Source: Lingula anatina (Eukaryota > Animalia > Brachiopoda). From it: a DNA stretch of 64,000 bases. A program made the position numbers and the translations under genes. The DNA lies in NCBI GenBank assembly GCA_051362555.1, contig CM120643.1, positions 7,564,001 through 7,628,000 on the forward strand. Reading direction: 5' to 3'. Below are positions 52,197 to 64,000 of this stretch, in pieces (the stretch's first letter is position 1; every line of letters starts with the position of its first letter). Below the pieces are notes generated by a model. The model made no database searches. It was not told the origin of the DNA and saw nothing but the letters and a program-made list of their open reading frames with translations.

Positions 52197-53950
52197 ATGG
52201 CAACTTCATCCCAGTTGGTAGATGTCAATTCTGCTACATTTGAGGATTTAGCTGATGTACCTGGAATTGGTCAAAAGCATGCGGAGAAAATTTTGTCTGT
52301 TAGAGCAAAGGGGATATGCCTTAATCAAAATATTTTACAACAACTTTCTGGCCAAGCAATTACATCAAAAATTATGCCCTATCTTGAAATTGAGTCCTCT
52401 CTAAGAAAAAGTCATGGTGGGGCAAAACCAAAAACAAAAAGGCATACCTCTACTTCAGCAGACACTTCAAAGCATGCTAAAACTTTTGATCTTGGACGTG
52501 ATTCATTTAGGCACTCTCTTTTTCCAAACAGAGGCAGAATCTATTAGAAAACTTAATGATGGTGATGAGATTTTGGAATTACAACAAAAGATTTCTGATT
52601 TAAAAATAAAACAAACAGAAATCAAACAAAAAGTAAGGAAGTGCAGAAAGCAGCTTTCCTATCTCCAAAAACATACAGATTATCTGCATTATCACATTCG
52701 GAGAGATCTAATAGATCACAAGAAAGTTGTGGCATCAAATGTGTTTCACAGAAAAGATCATCATTGCCTGCAGATTTTCTTGCTGCACATACTCTTGAAG
52801 CACACATGCATGATACCACTCGGAATAGGGGTCACATTTCTTTTCAGGGTACTACGGTGTATGGTGCACAACTCTCGGGTAAAAAGGTTTCTTCATCTAT
52901 TATTCCCGTACCTCCTGGTATTGGGAATATTTCCTCACACCACCATTCTCGCCTTTCAACACTGCCGTCTGAATTGTCTAGGACTTCATCTGATGAATCA
53001 CTTGATTCTATAGCACAAGGTGAAAGGTTTCATAAACAGCACTCTTTTTCACACTTGTCTAAGGGTAAAAAAACATCATGCACCCTTCCAGATGATGTGA
53101 ACTTTTCACATCCACCTTCCATACTACAGTGTCAAGCACAGAAAATCGCACCAACTTTATCAGGCAATAAACAACACCTACCTCATTTAAGACCCGAACC
53201 TCAAGGTCATCAGAGACCTGTTTACTATATAACTGGAGAAGAGGATGATGACACTCCCAATTTTATACGGCCATCAAAATCTTTAGAAACTAAAAAAGAT
53301 AGGGGTGATCCTAAAGATCTACACAAAAATCTACATTTTGACGGAAAGAATAACTGGGAAGCGTTCAGACATCGCTTTGAAAGTTATAGGGATGTGAATG
53401 GATGGTCTGACAACCAGTGTAAGGATTACCTTTCCTGGAGCCTTGAGGGTAGAGCCTTCAGCTTTTTCACAAAATTTACTCGTGATTGGGAATAATATTC
53501 CTACCAGCAGATCATGAGTAAATTGGAGTCTGTTTTTGGTACAGAGTTCCTATCAGAGACGGCTTGTGCTGAATTTCATCACTCATTTCAATTACCCACT
53601 GAAACACTCAATGATTGGGCTTGTCACGTAATGAGTTTAGTCAATGATGCCTATCCGGATCTCCCAGACTCTTTTACTGTTAAGGAGGCTATCACTGAAT
53701 TCTGTCAAGGTTGCTTAGATCCAGAAGCAGGCAAACATGCCCGTCTCTCACACCCTATTTCCATGGAAGACGGCATCAATAAAGTTTGCTACTATCAACA
53801 AGTCTTTTGAGATTCCTCTGATACCAAAAAGCATGGGAGAAAATCCCGTGACGATTTTGTTATTAATCAGGTGGAACCCGAGCAGTCTGTTGATGAAGGT
53901 GAACCCCCATCCAAAATTGAACAACTTGAGGACACATCTACACTATGGCT
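52197..53950 (+). pseudogene. Gypsy-type gag with N-terminal ComEA-like helix-hairpin-helix domain; disrupted, pol absent
   Basis: VDVNSATFEDLADVPGIGQKHAEKILSVR; coiled coil; LHFDGKNNWEAFRHRFESY...WSD...LSWSLEGRA; FHHSFQLPTETLNDWA...AYPDLP...FCQGCLD. Confidence 0.85.
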
Positions 53951-54749
53951 AAGAAGTCCCCGGTCACTTTAATAGCACACGCTGTCTACAACTGACGCGC
54001 TAGTGCGCAGGCCCCCGACAGTGTTAATGATAGGGGGATTACGATGGACAGCGCAAGTTGCTCACAGCGGTAGGCACTGCCGCCGAAGTTAAACTGGTAA
54101 TTAACTCATTTACTTAACCAAACATGTTAAGCTTCGTGTCATGCGTCTTTCAATCTTGCTCTTGCGAAAGTCGCGTCGGATGTCGATATTTTTCCGACAA
54201 TTTTTCGAACTGCGGGGCAAAACGTCGTAATACCTGATATTTTTTAATTTCTCATTTACCTTATTGTGGGGTCTCTTACGTTTGTACCACATGTATTCTT
54301 GATAGCGGGAATACTGTATTTCTGATGGAATTCTAACTTGATGTGGGACCTTGGGCTAAACGTAAATGCTAACCAAAATAAAAAAGGTAAAAGTGCAAAG
54401 CGACATGAAAGAGTAGAAGGCAATTAGTAAATTCTTAAGCAGTTTCTACCACACTAGTACTTTGATAATACTGCGTCCTAGGATAGGATATTGAAGGGTT
54501 GCCTACAGATATACCGTTAAAAAGACCTTAGAAATTATTGTACATTGTAGGGAAAATTTTAACGGATATCAGTGCTGCTTTGATTAATGGTTCCGATGTG
54601 GGAATATTTACATATTTGAACTTTCTAGGAATACTTATCTATGATAATCGTAAATCGATTAGAAAACATAAACAAATTGCAAGACTCAGCAAGGCCTTAT
54701 TATGGATCTTGGGATCATTTTATGTTAAACAAAAACTTCAAAAATGTTT

Positions 54750-54948
54750 CCCAACAAGGAACATGGGGGGCTCCATGACAACGCAGTATAAGAAAAGGCC
54801 TATTTGCACAAAAAGACTGGACTACATCAAAAGCAGCGTGCACAAAATGTTCCCTTCTATAATGAGCGAGGAGCTTTGGAGACGATGTCTCTCGGGAATG
54901 AACTCTGCAAATAGAAACTTAAAATGTACGCAAAAGACCAACTTATAG
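54750..54948 (+). pseudogene. BEN-domain-like coding fragment
   Basis: RNMGGSMTTQYKKRPICTKRLDYIKSSVHKMFPSIMSEELWRRCLSGMNSANR. Confidence 0.65.
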
Positions 54949-56329
54949 GAAAACTTACCCGTCTAAGGATTATTTGATATAAATTTGACATTGATACGAT
55001 TTTTAATTTTTCTATGATGCAAAAGAAAGCTTCTTTACTCTTTATTAACTGTGTAGGACAAAGCAATTTTATAGCAAAGTTATTTAAAAAGCTGCTATCT
55101 CTCCAAGCAAAACTGCTTTTATGCATTTGATTGTTTCATTGATTACAAGTGTCGTTCTTTTTCTTCATTAGAAATGCATAATTATATCTGTTTCAACCTT
55201 CTTGTGTGACTATGTAATTAACAATTAGTTTTTATTTTTTTATATTTCACCATGTAAGGAATAATATAAGAAGTAGTGTGCAGCTATTAAAATGAGTATA
55301 ATAAATATGTTTATTACCTATGAACTGAAAGCCAAAGTAGTGTCCTTTGCAAAAATATCCGTTATTTGTTAATATGCGCGCGCCAATAATGTCTTAATCC
55401 ACACAATTTCCTTCGTTAAAAAATCAGCGATATATTTAACAACAAAATTTGTAAATCTATAGATAAGATTCGGAAGAATTTGTAGTTTCAAATACTACAA
55501 AGGTTTTATTTTTACAATATAACTGTCATAAGATTTCCTGATTTAATGCACACATACGAACGGGAAAGGTGCATAATTGAAATAAGTTGGCCAGTGATCG
55601 CTTAATACGTGTAACAACATTGCAATAGTCTCAAAGATTTGCAACGGAGATACGAATGAAAATGGCACGAGTCTAAAATAAGGCACAGATAGACGACAAT
55701 CCTGACAGATAATGACGGCCATTAGCAGTTGTCTAAATACCCCTAATTAAGTGAGGTGCTCCTACAACTGTGCCAAGTACTTGCTGCGAAGGGGCGGGTA
55801 CTACCTTTGTCTGTGTGTAATCACGCACTATCTTTATATATTCTACTGATAAAGTTTCTCAATGAATGCTTTCTGGGACACAAATATTTGTATTTTTTTT
55901 TAAATATTGACAAAACTTCTCCGATGCAATGAGTCTCATACGCTTGCATATATAGGAAGCATGTTCGACTACAAATGCAAGGCGGAACAATTGTAGGACC
56001 CGTTAACGCAAAACTAGACGCGACGTGCATGTATAAAAAGATATCAATGAATTTATAATTTTCGTATAGCAAAACGTAAAAGATATCATAGATATTGGTC
56101 CGTTTTTTGAAGATCCTAGTTTCCTAACAATACGCCTAAGGCTTAGTTTGTCGGCAGATAAATGTGATCACATTCTTGGCCGATTGAGGCAATGTTTGAA
56201 AGCAACCAAGTAAGAGGCGTGCGTGCGTGAGAAAACTGATTAAGAAGTGTGCTTATGAACAATACCAATCATGAAAGGACAGCCTCTCACCCCTAATGAG
56301 GCTAGGGTCACTCGCATCAGTGTTTGTGT

Positions 56330-56475
56330 CTTGCTGGGAAGGAGTAGCGGCCTCCTACTGCTGTGAGTAAACACACATTGTCTTCTAACATGCGGCTTAG
56401 TTGACTCCTTGCTGCGAAGGGGTAGCGGCCTCCTACTGCTGTGCGTAATCATACATTGTCTTCTAACATGCGGCT
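56330..56475. repeat. 78-bp-period direct duplication
   Basis: TTGCTG.GAAGG.GTAGCGGCCTCCTACTGCTGTG...TTCTAACATGCGGCT at 56331 and 56409. Confidence 0.9.
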
Positions 56476-57869
56476 ACACGACGGTTGCATTGTATTAATA
56501 AAGTAATACCTATTCATAAGGAAGGGGGCGGATGGTAATCTTACGAGAATTAAATCAGTTATCGATCATACGCGTACCAGTTGTCGTGTTTTTTTTTAGC
56601 CATAGTGTATATCCAGAGCCTATTGTCGATTCAAAAATACATTTACAAAAGGAAAAATATCTGGGTGATTATCAAGATGATGAAAAATGAAAAAGCCTTA
56701 GTTGTTTTCGCACCAGTGGGCATAAACTCCACATTGAAACAGGCAGATACACTAACACCACTCCTGATGCACAAACACATCTACATTGCTGCTTTAATTT
56801 TAAATACTCAGGAAATACTGTAGCATCATATCCAAACTGCTAACAATAACAAAACAATATCATTAAATAATCCAATCATGCTGTTTTTCTAGAGGAATTT
56901 AAAACAAAAATACAGTTTATCAGTTATAGGGTAAACAACAGATGTGTCACAAAGTGCTGACTATGGCAATAACACTGGACAGACACAGTGATCAGAATAT
57001 AGACAGACTGAAAGTGTCTGTATATAATAAATACGTGATAAAATTTGCAATTATACCTTAATGAACTGCAATAACAGTGATCATCTATAACACATCATAT
57101 CTGACCTGAAATATATATTCACATTAAAACATTTTCACTGATGTCTTTTTCTCTTCAGTGATGACATATTGTCTACCACAATCTCACTGTATATGCTACC
57201 TCTACTAGTACTGTAACAGTTTCCATGCATATGGGGAAAATTATTATAACACATCACAACTGAGCTGAAATATCAATTCACTTTTAAACATTTCCATTGT
57301 GTCTATTTGTCTTCAGTGATAGAGTATTGTCCAACACAATCTCCTTGCTTTATATACCCAGCCTCTATAGTTTCCATGCATATGGGGAAAATTGATTCTT
57401 TGTGTTACCTGGAACCCACATTTGTTGTGTAATTGTACTGTTCCATATAACTGGCTCCACAGGATCTGCTGTGTTTGGAAGTCTTGTTCTGGGTGGTTCT
57501 GGCAGCATTCTTGCTCACTCAGGATAAAACTGACCTCTTGGTCTGCCAGCAGCTCTTTATACAATTCCAGAAGTATATCTGAATCATCTCTGTAATTAAG
57601 TGCAAACTATTATTAGGAACCATCTTATGATACACTATTTATATATAGGATGCTTTTGTAAAATGCACAAAATCATTTTTGTATCACCATACCTGATATT
57701 TATATTATGATACTGCTTATATGCAATGGTGATCAAATTAAAATATAATTATTCATTTTATGTTTTGTGCAATTAATGACAATAAAACTTAAATTCACAT
57801 TACAATTAAAGCAGTGATATAATAATTCTATTCCTAATAATCCATGTTTTCTATATTGAAAAAAGTAAC

Positions 57870-60800
57870 AATTGGTGTTTGTGTCTCTACACAAAGAAAA
57901 GAGGAGAAACAAATTACCTATCCCTATTTGCATAAAAAAAGCAACCACAAACATTTGTCTGCTATCTGCCAGAGGTCCAGTCACCTGTTTACAATGGTTG
58001 TCCTGTCTCTGGCTGTTTATTCATCCTGAAACTTACCACATCCCGTGTCTTGCACAACTGGGCAGTGGGTGAGATGAAGATGTTCCTGTTGCTGCCTTTT
58101 TATGTCTGCTTCTTATAAAATACATGTCCCTCATGTCCAGCCAGGTAAAGTCAGTTCACCTAGAAGACACCATGCTGTATGGAGACTGGAGCTGGAAAAA
58201 GAGACATGACAATGTATAAGTGAAGGAACACTAATTATCTTAATACAAAGAAAAGACAAAAACCTGACAGTCCACCAGAGCCAGTTGAGAAAAATATTAA
58301 AACTATGGTACACTGCCAAGTGCCCACCTTATATGGTAGACATCATTGTTGTGGTGATTGAACTGTGGTAAGTTAAAAATGACTTTGCCTTTTAGAGGCT
58401 GCTGGGCACAATTGTGACTGCCGAGACCAGCACATTCTCAGATTGAATACAGTTTAATAATCAGAACTCTGCCAAATCTGTTGGAATTAATGTGAAATTT
58501 GCACACAAAATGCTTAACATCTGTAAAAATTTGGGATAATTATATCAATTGACTGCAACTAATTGAAAGATGTTTTCTGAGGAGTAATTTGAGTCACTAA
58601 AGAAATTACTAATAATAATGACAAAATTACTTCAACTTAAAGGAAACAAAAAAATATTATAACTGCTTTCTTTCTCTACAGAGGAAGATTAGGAGACCAA
58701 TTATATATTGTCACATGACTTGTAAAACACTATCAACCATTAGTTTAATGTAGCACCTGCCAGCAGTCCAGTTACTGTCATGACAACGGGTCATCCCAGG
58801 GAAGTAATGACCACTGCTCCACTTTGGGTCCAATTTATTTCATCCCAAACTGACCACATCAAGCAGGCCACTACAGAGACCAAACGCGTGTGTAAACTGG
58901 AAAAAATATAAACATATATTAAACAAGGCAATCAACCACTTGACCACTGATGATAAGAACTAATAAAATTGAGTGCTTCAGCCAGCCAAAGAACATGAAT
59001 TTCAGACACTATGTTTAAAGCACATGCCATATGAACCACATTTTAATTGAACTATTTTGTACAAAAGACTAATGGTTTAAACTAAACCAATTAATTGTCG
59101 ACAAATGAGAGATATGGATCAAAAATGCCATTAATGACTATAAAGATACAATGCAAATTACAATTTTAACTTTTTTTAATAAAGAAGAGTGGATAATTAC
59201 AAAAACCCATGCTTTTCAAGTCACATTGGAAACCACTGGATTCCAAAATTTTTTGTCTCTACAGAGGAAAGAAAGAGACCTATTATACCCACTGTTACTT
59301 GAAAAAGAAAAACTGTTCATTTTGTGTACAACCTGCAAGAAGTCCAGTTACCTGTTTACCATGGCTGTCCTGTCTCTGGCTCTTCACAACCCATTCATCC
59401 TGAAACTTGCTGTGTCTTGCACAACTGTGTGAGATGAAGGGATATTCCTGCAGCTTCTATTTCCTGTCTATTTCATATTAACAATACATGTCCTCCATTT
59501 TCAGCCAGGTAAAGTCAGTTCACCTAGAAGACACCATGCTGTATGGAGACTGGAGCTGGAAAAAGAGACGAAAGATTATATTAATGAAGTGACATAACTA
59601 TCTTAATAAAAAGACAGAACCCTGACAGTCCACAAGAGTCAGCAGAGCTAAACCTACAATACCAGTATACTGCCTAATGTCCACCTAATATGACAGACAT
59701 CACAGTTGTGGTGACTGGACCAAGACAAGTTTAAAATGTCTTTTGGAGGCTGCTGGGCACAATTGTGACTGCTGAGTTGAGCACAATCTTAGATTAAACA
59801 TAGTTAAACTAGAGGATCAGAGAGGCGATACCGCCTCCGAATATTGTACCACCAGCTGGAGCAAGCACATTCGTATAGACCCCCACATACACAAAATAAG
59901 GGACACAGTCACCAGTCTTGTGCTTGACAAGCTGTAAACATGCAATCAACAAGAATTTTCAATATATGCAAAAAATATATGAAACTAAAAATGGTACAAT
60001 CAAATTTAAGTTCATCGGAAGGTAGGTGAAAGGTCATTTTCAAGGTCACAGTAAATTGCCAGTATATGACTTCCTATTCAAGTTCAATAGTAACTAAGGA
60101 CCTATCTCTGCCAGGTTTGGAGTTAAAAGAGAAAGAAATTAGCAGAGTTCAGTTCATGATAATAAGTAGATCAAAGGTCAATTTCAAGGTCACACTTAGA
60201 TTGCCAGTATATGACTTCCTATTCAAGTTCAATAGTAACTATGGACCTATCTCTGCCAGTTTTAGAGATAAAAGGGAAGCAAAATTTGCAAAATTCAGTT
60301 CATGGTGAAAAGTAGGTCAAAGGTCAATTTCAAGGTCACAGTAAGATTGCCAGTATTTGACTTCCCATTCAAGTTCAGTAGTAACTATGGACATATCTCT
60401 GCCAGTTTTGGAGATAAAAGGGAAGCAAAATTTGCAAAGTTCAGTTCATGGTGAAAAATAGGTCAAATGTCAATTTCAAGGTCACAGTAAGATTGCCAGT
60501 ATATGACTTTCTATTCAAGTTCAATAGTATCTATGGACCTATCTCTGCCAGTTTTGCAGATAAAAGGGACTAAATGTTATAATTTTGGAGTTACCATAAT
60601 GTGCCATAAATTTCCTACAGAAAAGATTAATTAAAATAAAGAAAACATCATTTTGGTCAAAATTCTTAAAATAGGAGGTGCTCTGAAGTTCCATGAGTTC
60701 AAATTTGATGAAATAATGTCATTTTTGACCACAAGTTGTCTGCTTTGCCAAGCCTTATGTATTATTTTTCCAGAGTTCAAAATTTATTATCCATTACCGT

Positions 60801-63050
60801 ACTGCACATTTTGCTTTCACCACCAATATATATTTTTTGATACAGTGTAACTTTAGAGATAAAAGGGAAGCAAAATTTACAAAGTTCAGTTCATAGTGAA
60901 AAGTAGGTCAAAGGTCAATTTTAAGGTCACATTTAGATTGCCAGTATATGACTTCCTATTCAAGTTCAATAGTAACTATGGACCTATCTCTGCCAGTTTT
61001 GGAGATAAAAGGGAAGCAAAATTTGAAAAGTTCAGTTCATGGTGAAAAGTAGGTCAAAAGTCAATTTTAAGGTCACATTTAGATTGCCAGTATATGACTT
61101 CCTATTCAAGTTCAATAGTAACTATGGACCTATCTCTGCCAGTTTTGGAGATAAAAGGGAAGCAAAATTTGCAAAATTCAGTTCATGGTGAAAAGTAGGT
61201 CAAAGGTCAATTTTACGGTCATATTAAGACTGCCAGTATATGACTTCCCATTCAACTTCAATAGTAACTATGGACCTATCTCTGCCAGTTTTGGAGATAT
61301 AAGGGAAGCAAAATTTGCAAAGTTCAGTTCATGGTGAAAAGTAGGTCAAAGGTCAATTTTAAGGTCACATTAAGATTGCCAGTATATGAATTCCTATTCA
61401 AGTTCAACAGTAACCATGGACCTATCTCTGCAAAGTTCAGTTCATGGTGAAAAGTAGGTCAAAGGTCAATTTTAAGGTCACATTTAAATTGCCAGTATAT
61501 GACTTCCCATTCAACTTCAATAGTAACTATGGACATATCTCTGCCAGTTTTGGAGATAAAAGGGAAGCAAAATTTGCAAAGTTCAGTTCGTGGTGAAAAG
61601 TAGGTCAAAGGTCAATTTCAAGGTCACATTTGGATTGCCAGTATGTGACTTCCTATTCAACTTCAATAGTAACTATGGACCTATCTCTGCCAGTTTTGGA
61701 GATATAAGGGACTAAATGTTATAATTTTGGAGTTACCATAATGTGCCATAAATTTCCTACAGAAAAGATTAATTAAAATAAAGAAAACATCATTTTGGTC
61801 AAAATTCTTAAAATAGGAGGTGCTCTGAAGTTCCAGAAGTTCAAATTTGATGACATAATGTCATTTTTGACCACAAGTTGTCTGCTTTGCCAAGCCTTAT
61901 GTATTATTTTTCCAGAGTTCAAAATTTATTATCCATTACCGTACTGCACATTTTGCTTTCACCACCAATATGTACTTTTTGATACAGCGTAACTTGAAAA
62001 TCGTATGGAATACAAAAAAACGGAGACCACCTCCAGTGTTGGGCTTTACATGCTCTACAAAATGCAAAAAAGAATGGGTCTCTAGCATTAACGGTTCCCG
62101 AATTAGAGACAGTTTTCAGTTTCGGTACTTTATGGCCGCTACTCCTGTGAAAATGCACCGATTGACCCCAAATTCACGGAGATGAAAGATGACCCAAAGG
62201 GTTACACTTTCCAATAATATTATTGGTTAAGTCTGTGTGGTATCTGAATAACAGGGCAAAAAAATTTTTTTTCGTAAAAAAATTCATTTTTTTGAAAATT
62301 TTGGCCCGTTTGACCTTGAAATAAAGGTCAAAGGTCAAATCCAAGGGCATATTTGAAATCTACACATATGACTTTTGGAAAGCTGTCTGTAGAAATTTTT
62401 CCCATAATTCCTTCCGTAGGGTAGATAATTAGCATTTAATTTTGCCATTTTTAGACAAGGGTGCATTGCAATGAGTGCCACACCTAGACCCCAATACCGA
62501 CAAAGCCCAAATTTTACGTGGAACGAGTTGAGATTATAGGTGACCTAAATCCAAGAGATGGGTACAGGGGCCCTCACCGTCTAGGAGGAGAAGCGGTAAC
62601 GGTGACTTGGCGGCGGAGCCGCAGGAGCCGGCGGAGCCGGCGGAACATACGGGTCGGGACTAAAACCATGGGTACCTGCGCTGGTTGTACAATAAGCAGA
62701 ACTCTGCCAAATCTGGAATTTCTGTGAAATTTGCACACAAATTGCCTAACACCTGTAATAATCTGGGATAAGTATTTCAGTTAACTGTGCCTTGTTAAAG
62801 TACATTTTGTAAAGAGTAACATAAGAAAAGTGAAAAAAATTATTTAAATTTACAGAAAACACAAAATATGATAACTGGTTTGTTGATCTACATGGGAAGG
62901 ATAGAAGACAAATTATCTATTGTAACACAACTTGTAAAACAAAACCAAGTAATTATTTTGTGCACTACCTGCAAGGAGGTTTTTTTGGCATGGTGATGGG
63001 TAACTGTGGGTAATGACCACTGCTCCACCTTGGGTCAAATACATATCACC
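57870..63050. repeat. Diverged local tandem duplication of a degenerate minus-strand multi-exon unit
   Basis: 57970-58830 aligns with 59340-59806 plus 62692-63040; shared CAGCCAGGTAAAGTCAGTTCACCTAGAAGACACCATGCTG and GAGGCTGCTGGGCACAATTGTGACTGC. Confidence 0.8.
59807..62692 (-). mobile_element. HINE copy 3, complete, with internal duplication and about 10 copies of the 146-bp unit
   Basis: Both ends present (AACTAGAGG... and ...GCTGGTTGTACAA); arrays at 60021-60568 and 60852-61710; empty site in the paralogue near 58450. Confidence 0.92.
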
Positions 63051-63316
63051 TGTTATGACCAGGTCCCGTGGGTCTCACTTGCCATGTGCTTCTTTCACAC
63101 TCGTTCCCATTACCACATCATCCACCAGGTGGTGGCCCCAGTCAAGACGCCACTAATCGGCAGCGTGTATTGGATATAACATTCCTCCCAACCTTAATTT
63201 TTTTCTACAACATATAAGCTTAAAAATCATTATCCTTGAATATTTTGAATCCTGAAGAATTTTCAGTTTTCATATTGTATAAAGTCACATCTTGAGTGCT
63301 ATATGCTCAAGCCTTT

Positions 63317-64000
63317 CAGGACAGCGATCCGCCTTCATCCTGATTAAATATCAATTATCTCAGATTACTTTTTTTCAGGACAGCGATCCGCCTTCATCCG
63401 GATTACATTAAAAAAAAATCTCAGATTACTTTTTTTTTAGGACAGCGATCCACCTTCATCCTGATTACATAGAAATAATCTCAGATTCCCTTTTTTTTTT
63501 TAGGACAGTGATCCACCTTCGTCCTGATTAAATATCAATTATCTCAGATTACTTTTTTTTAGGACAGCGATCAGCCTTCATCCTGATAAATATAAATTAT
63601 CTCATATTCCTTTTTTTCAGGACAGCGATCCGCCTTCATCCTGATTAAATATCAATTATCTCAGATTACTTTTTTTCAGGACAGCGATCCGCCTTCATCC
63701 GGATTACATTAAAAAAAAATCTCAGATTACTTTTTTTTTAGGACAGCGATCCACCTTCATCCTGATTACATAGAAATAATCTCAGATTCCCTTTTTTTTT
63801 TTAGGACAGTGATCCACCTTCGTCCTGATTAAATATCAATTATCTCAGATTACTTTTTTTTAGGACAGCGATCAGCCTTCATCCTGATAAATATAAATTA
63901 TCTCATATTCCTTTTTTTCAGGACAGCGATCCGCCTTCATCCTGATTAAATATAAATTATCTCAGATTACTTTTTTCAGGACAGCGATCCGCCTTCATCC
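63317..64000. repeat. About 60-bp minisatellite with a 5-monomer (301-bp) higher-order repeat, running off the window
   Basis: AGGACAGCGATCCGCCTTCATCCTGATTA...CTCAGATTAC(T)n; variant order repeats from 63317 and 63618. Confidence 0.95.

Noticed and set aside
52197-52360. Bacterial comEA gene or contamination
   Set aside because: The HhH is linked to a Gypsy Gag, with no signal peptide or operon context
57313-59550. Functional minus-strand host gene
   Set aside because: Splice-like sites exist, but the duplicated exons contain stops and indels and no domain is recognisable

Overview
AT-rich eukaryotic (animal) DNA with GT-AG introns; the repeat repertoire suggests an invertebrate, probably a mollusc (inference). 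No complete host gene is evident. The window is a dense, nested transposon graveyard. It holds short, degenerate coding fragments of many unrelated elements: PIF/Harbinger, MULE, hAT TTF-finger, THAP, Tc1-like, Ginger1/integrase, Academ-like, piggyBac, CR1-group and L1/Tx1 LINEs, Gypsy gag, plus HECT, Ulp1, OTU, BEN, kinase and OB-fold cargo pieces. It also holds three copies of a Helentron-type non-autonomous element (HINE) with a 146-bp tandem array, a 6-kb CCC...GGG element rich in CCTATAGG palindromes that splits a LINE RT, several MITEs with visible target-site duplications, local segmental duplications and a minisatellite with a 5-monomer higher-order repeat. Most striking: about 23 of about 25 recognisable coding fragments read on the + strand, as expected of a flamenco-like uni-strand piRNA cluster (hypothesis). 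Also notable are a Gag with an N-terminal ComEA-like helix-hairpin-helix domain and a nucleosome-length repeat packed with nuclear-receptor response elements. All family assignments come from reading motifs by eye; no database search was run.
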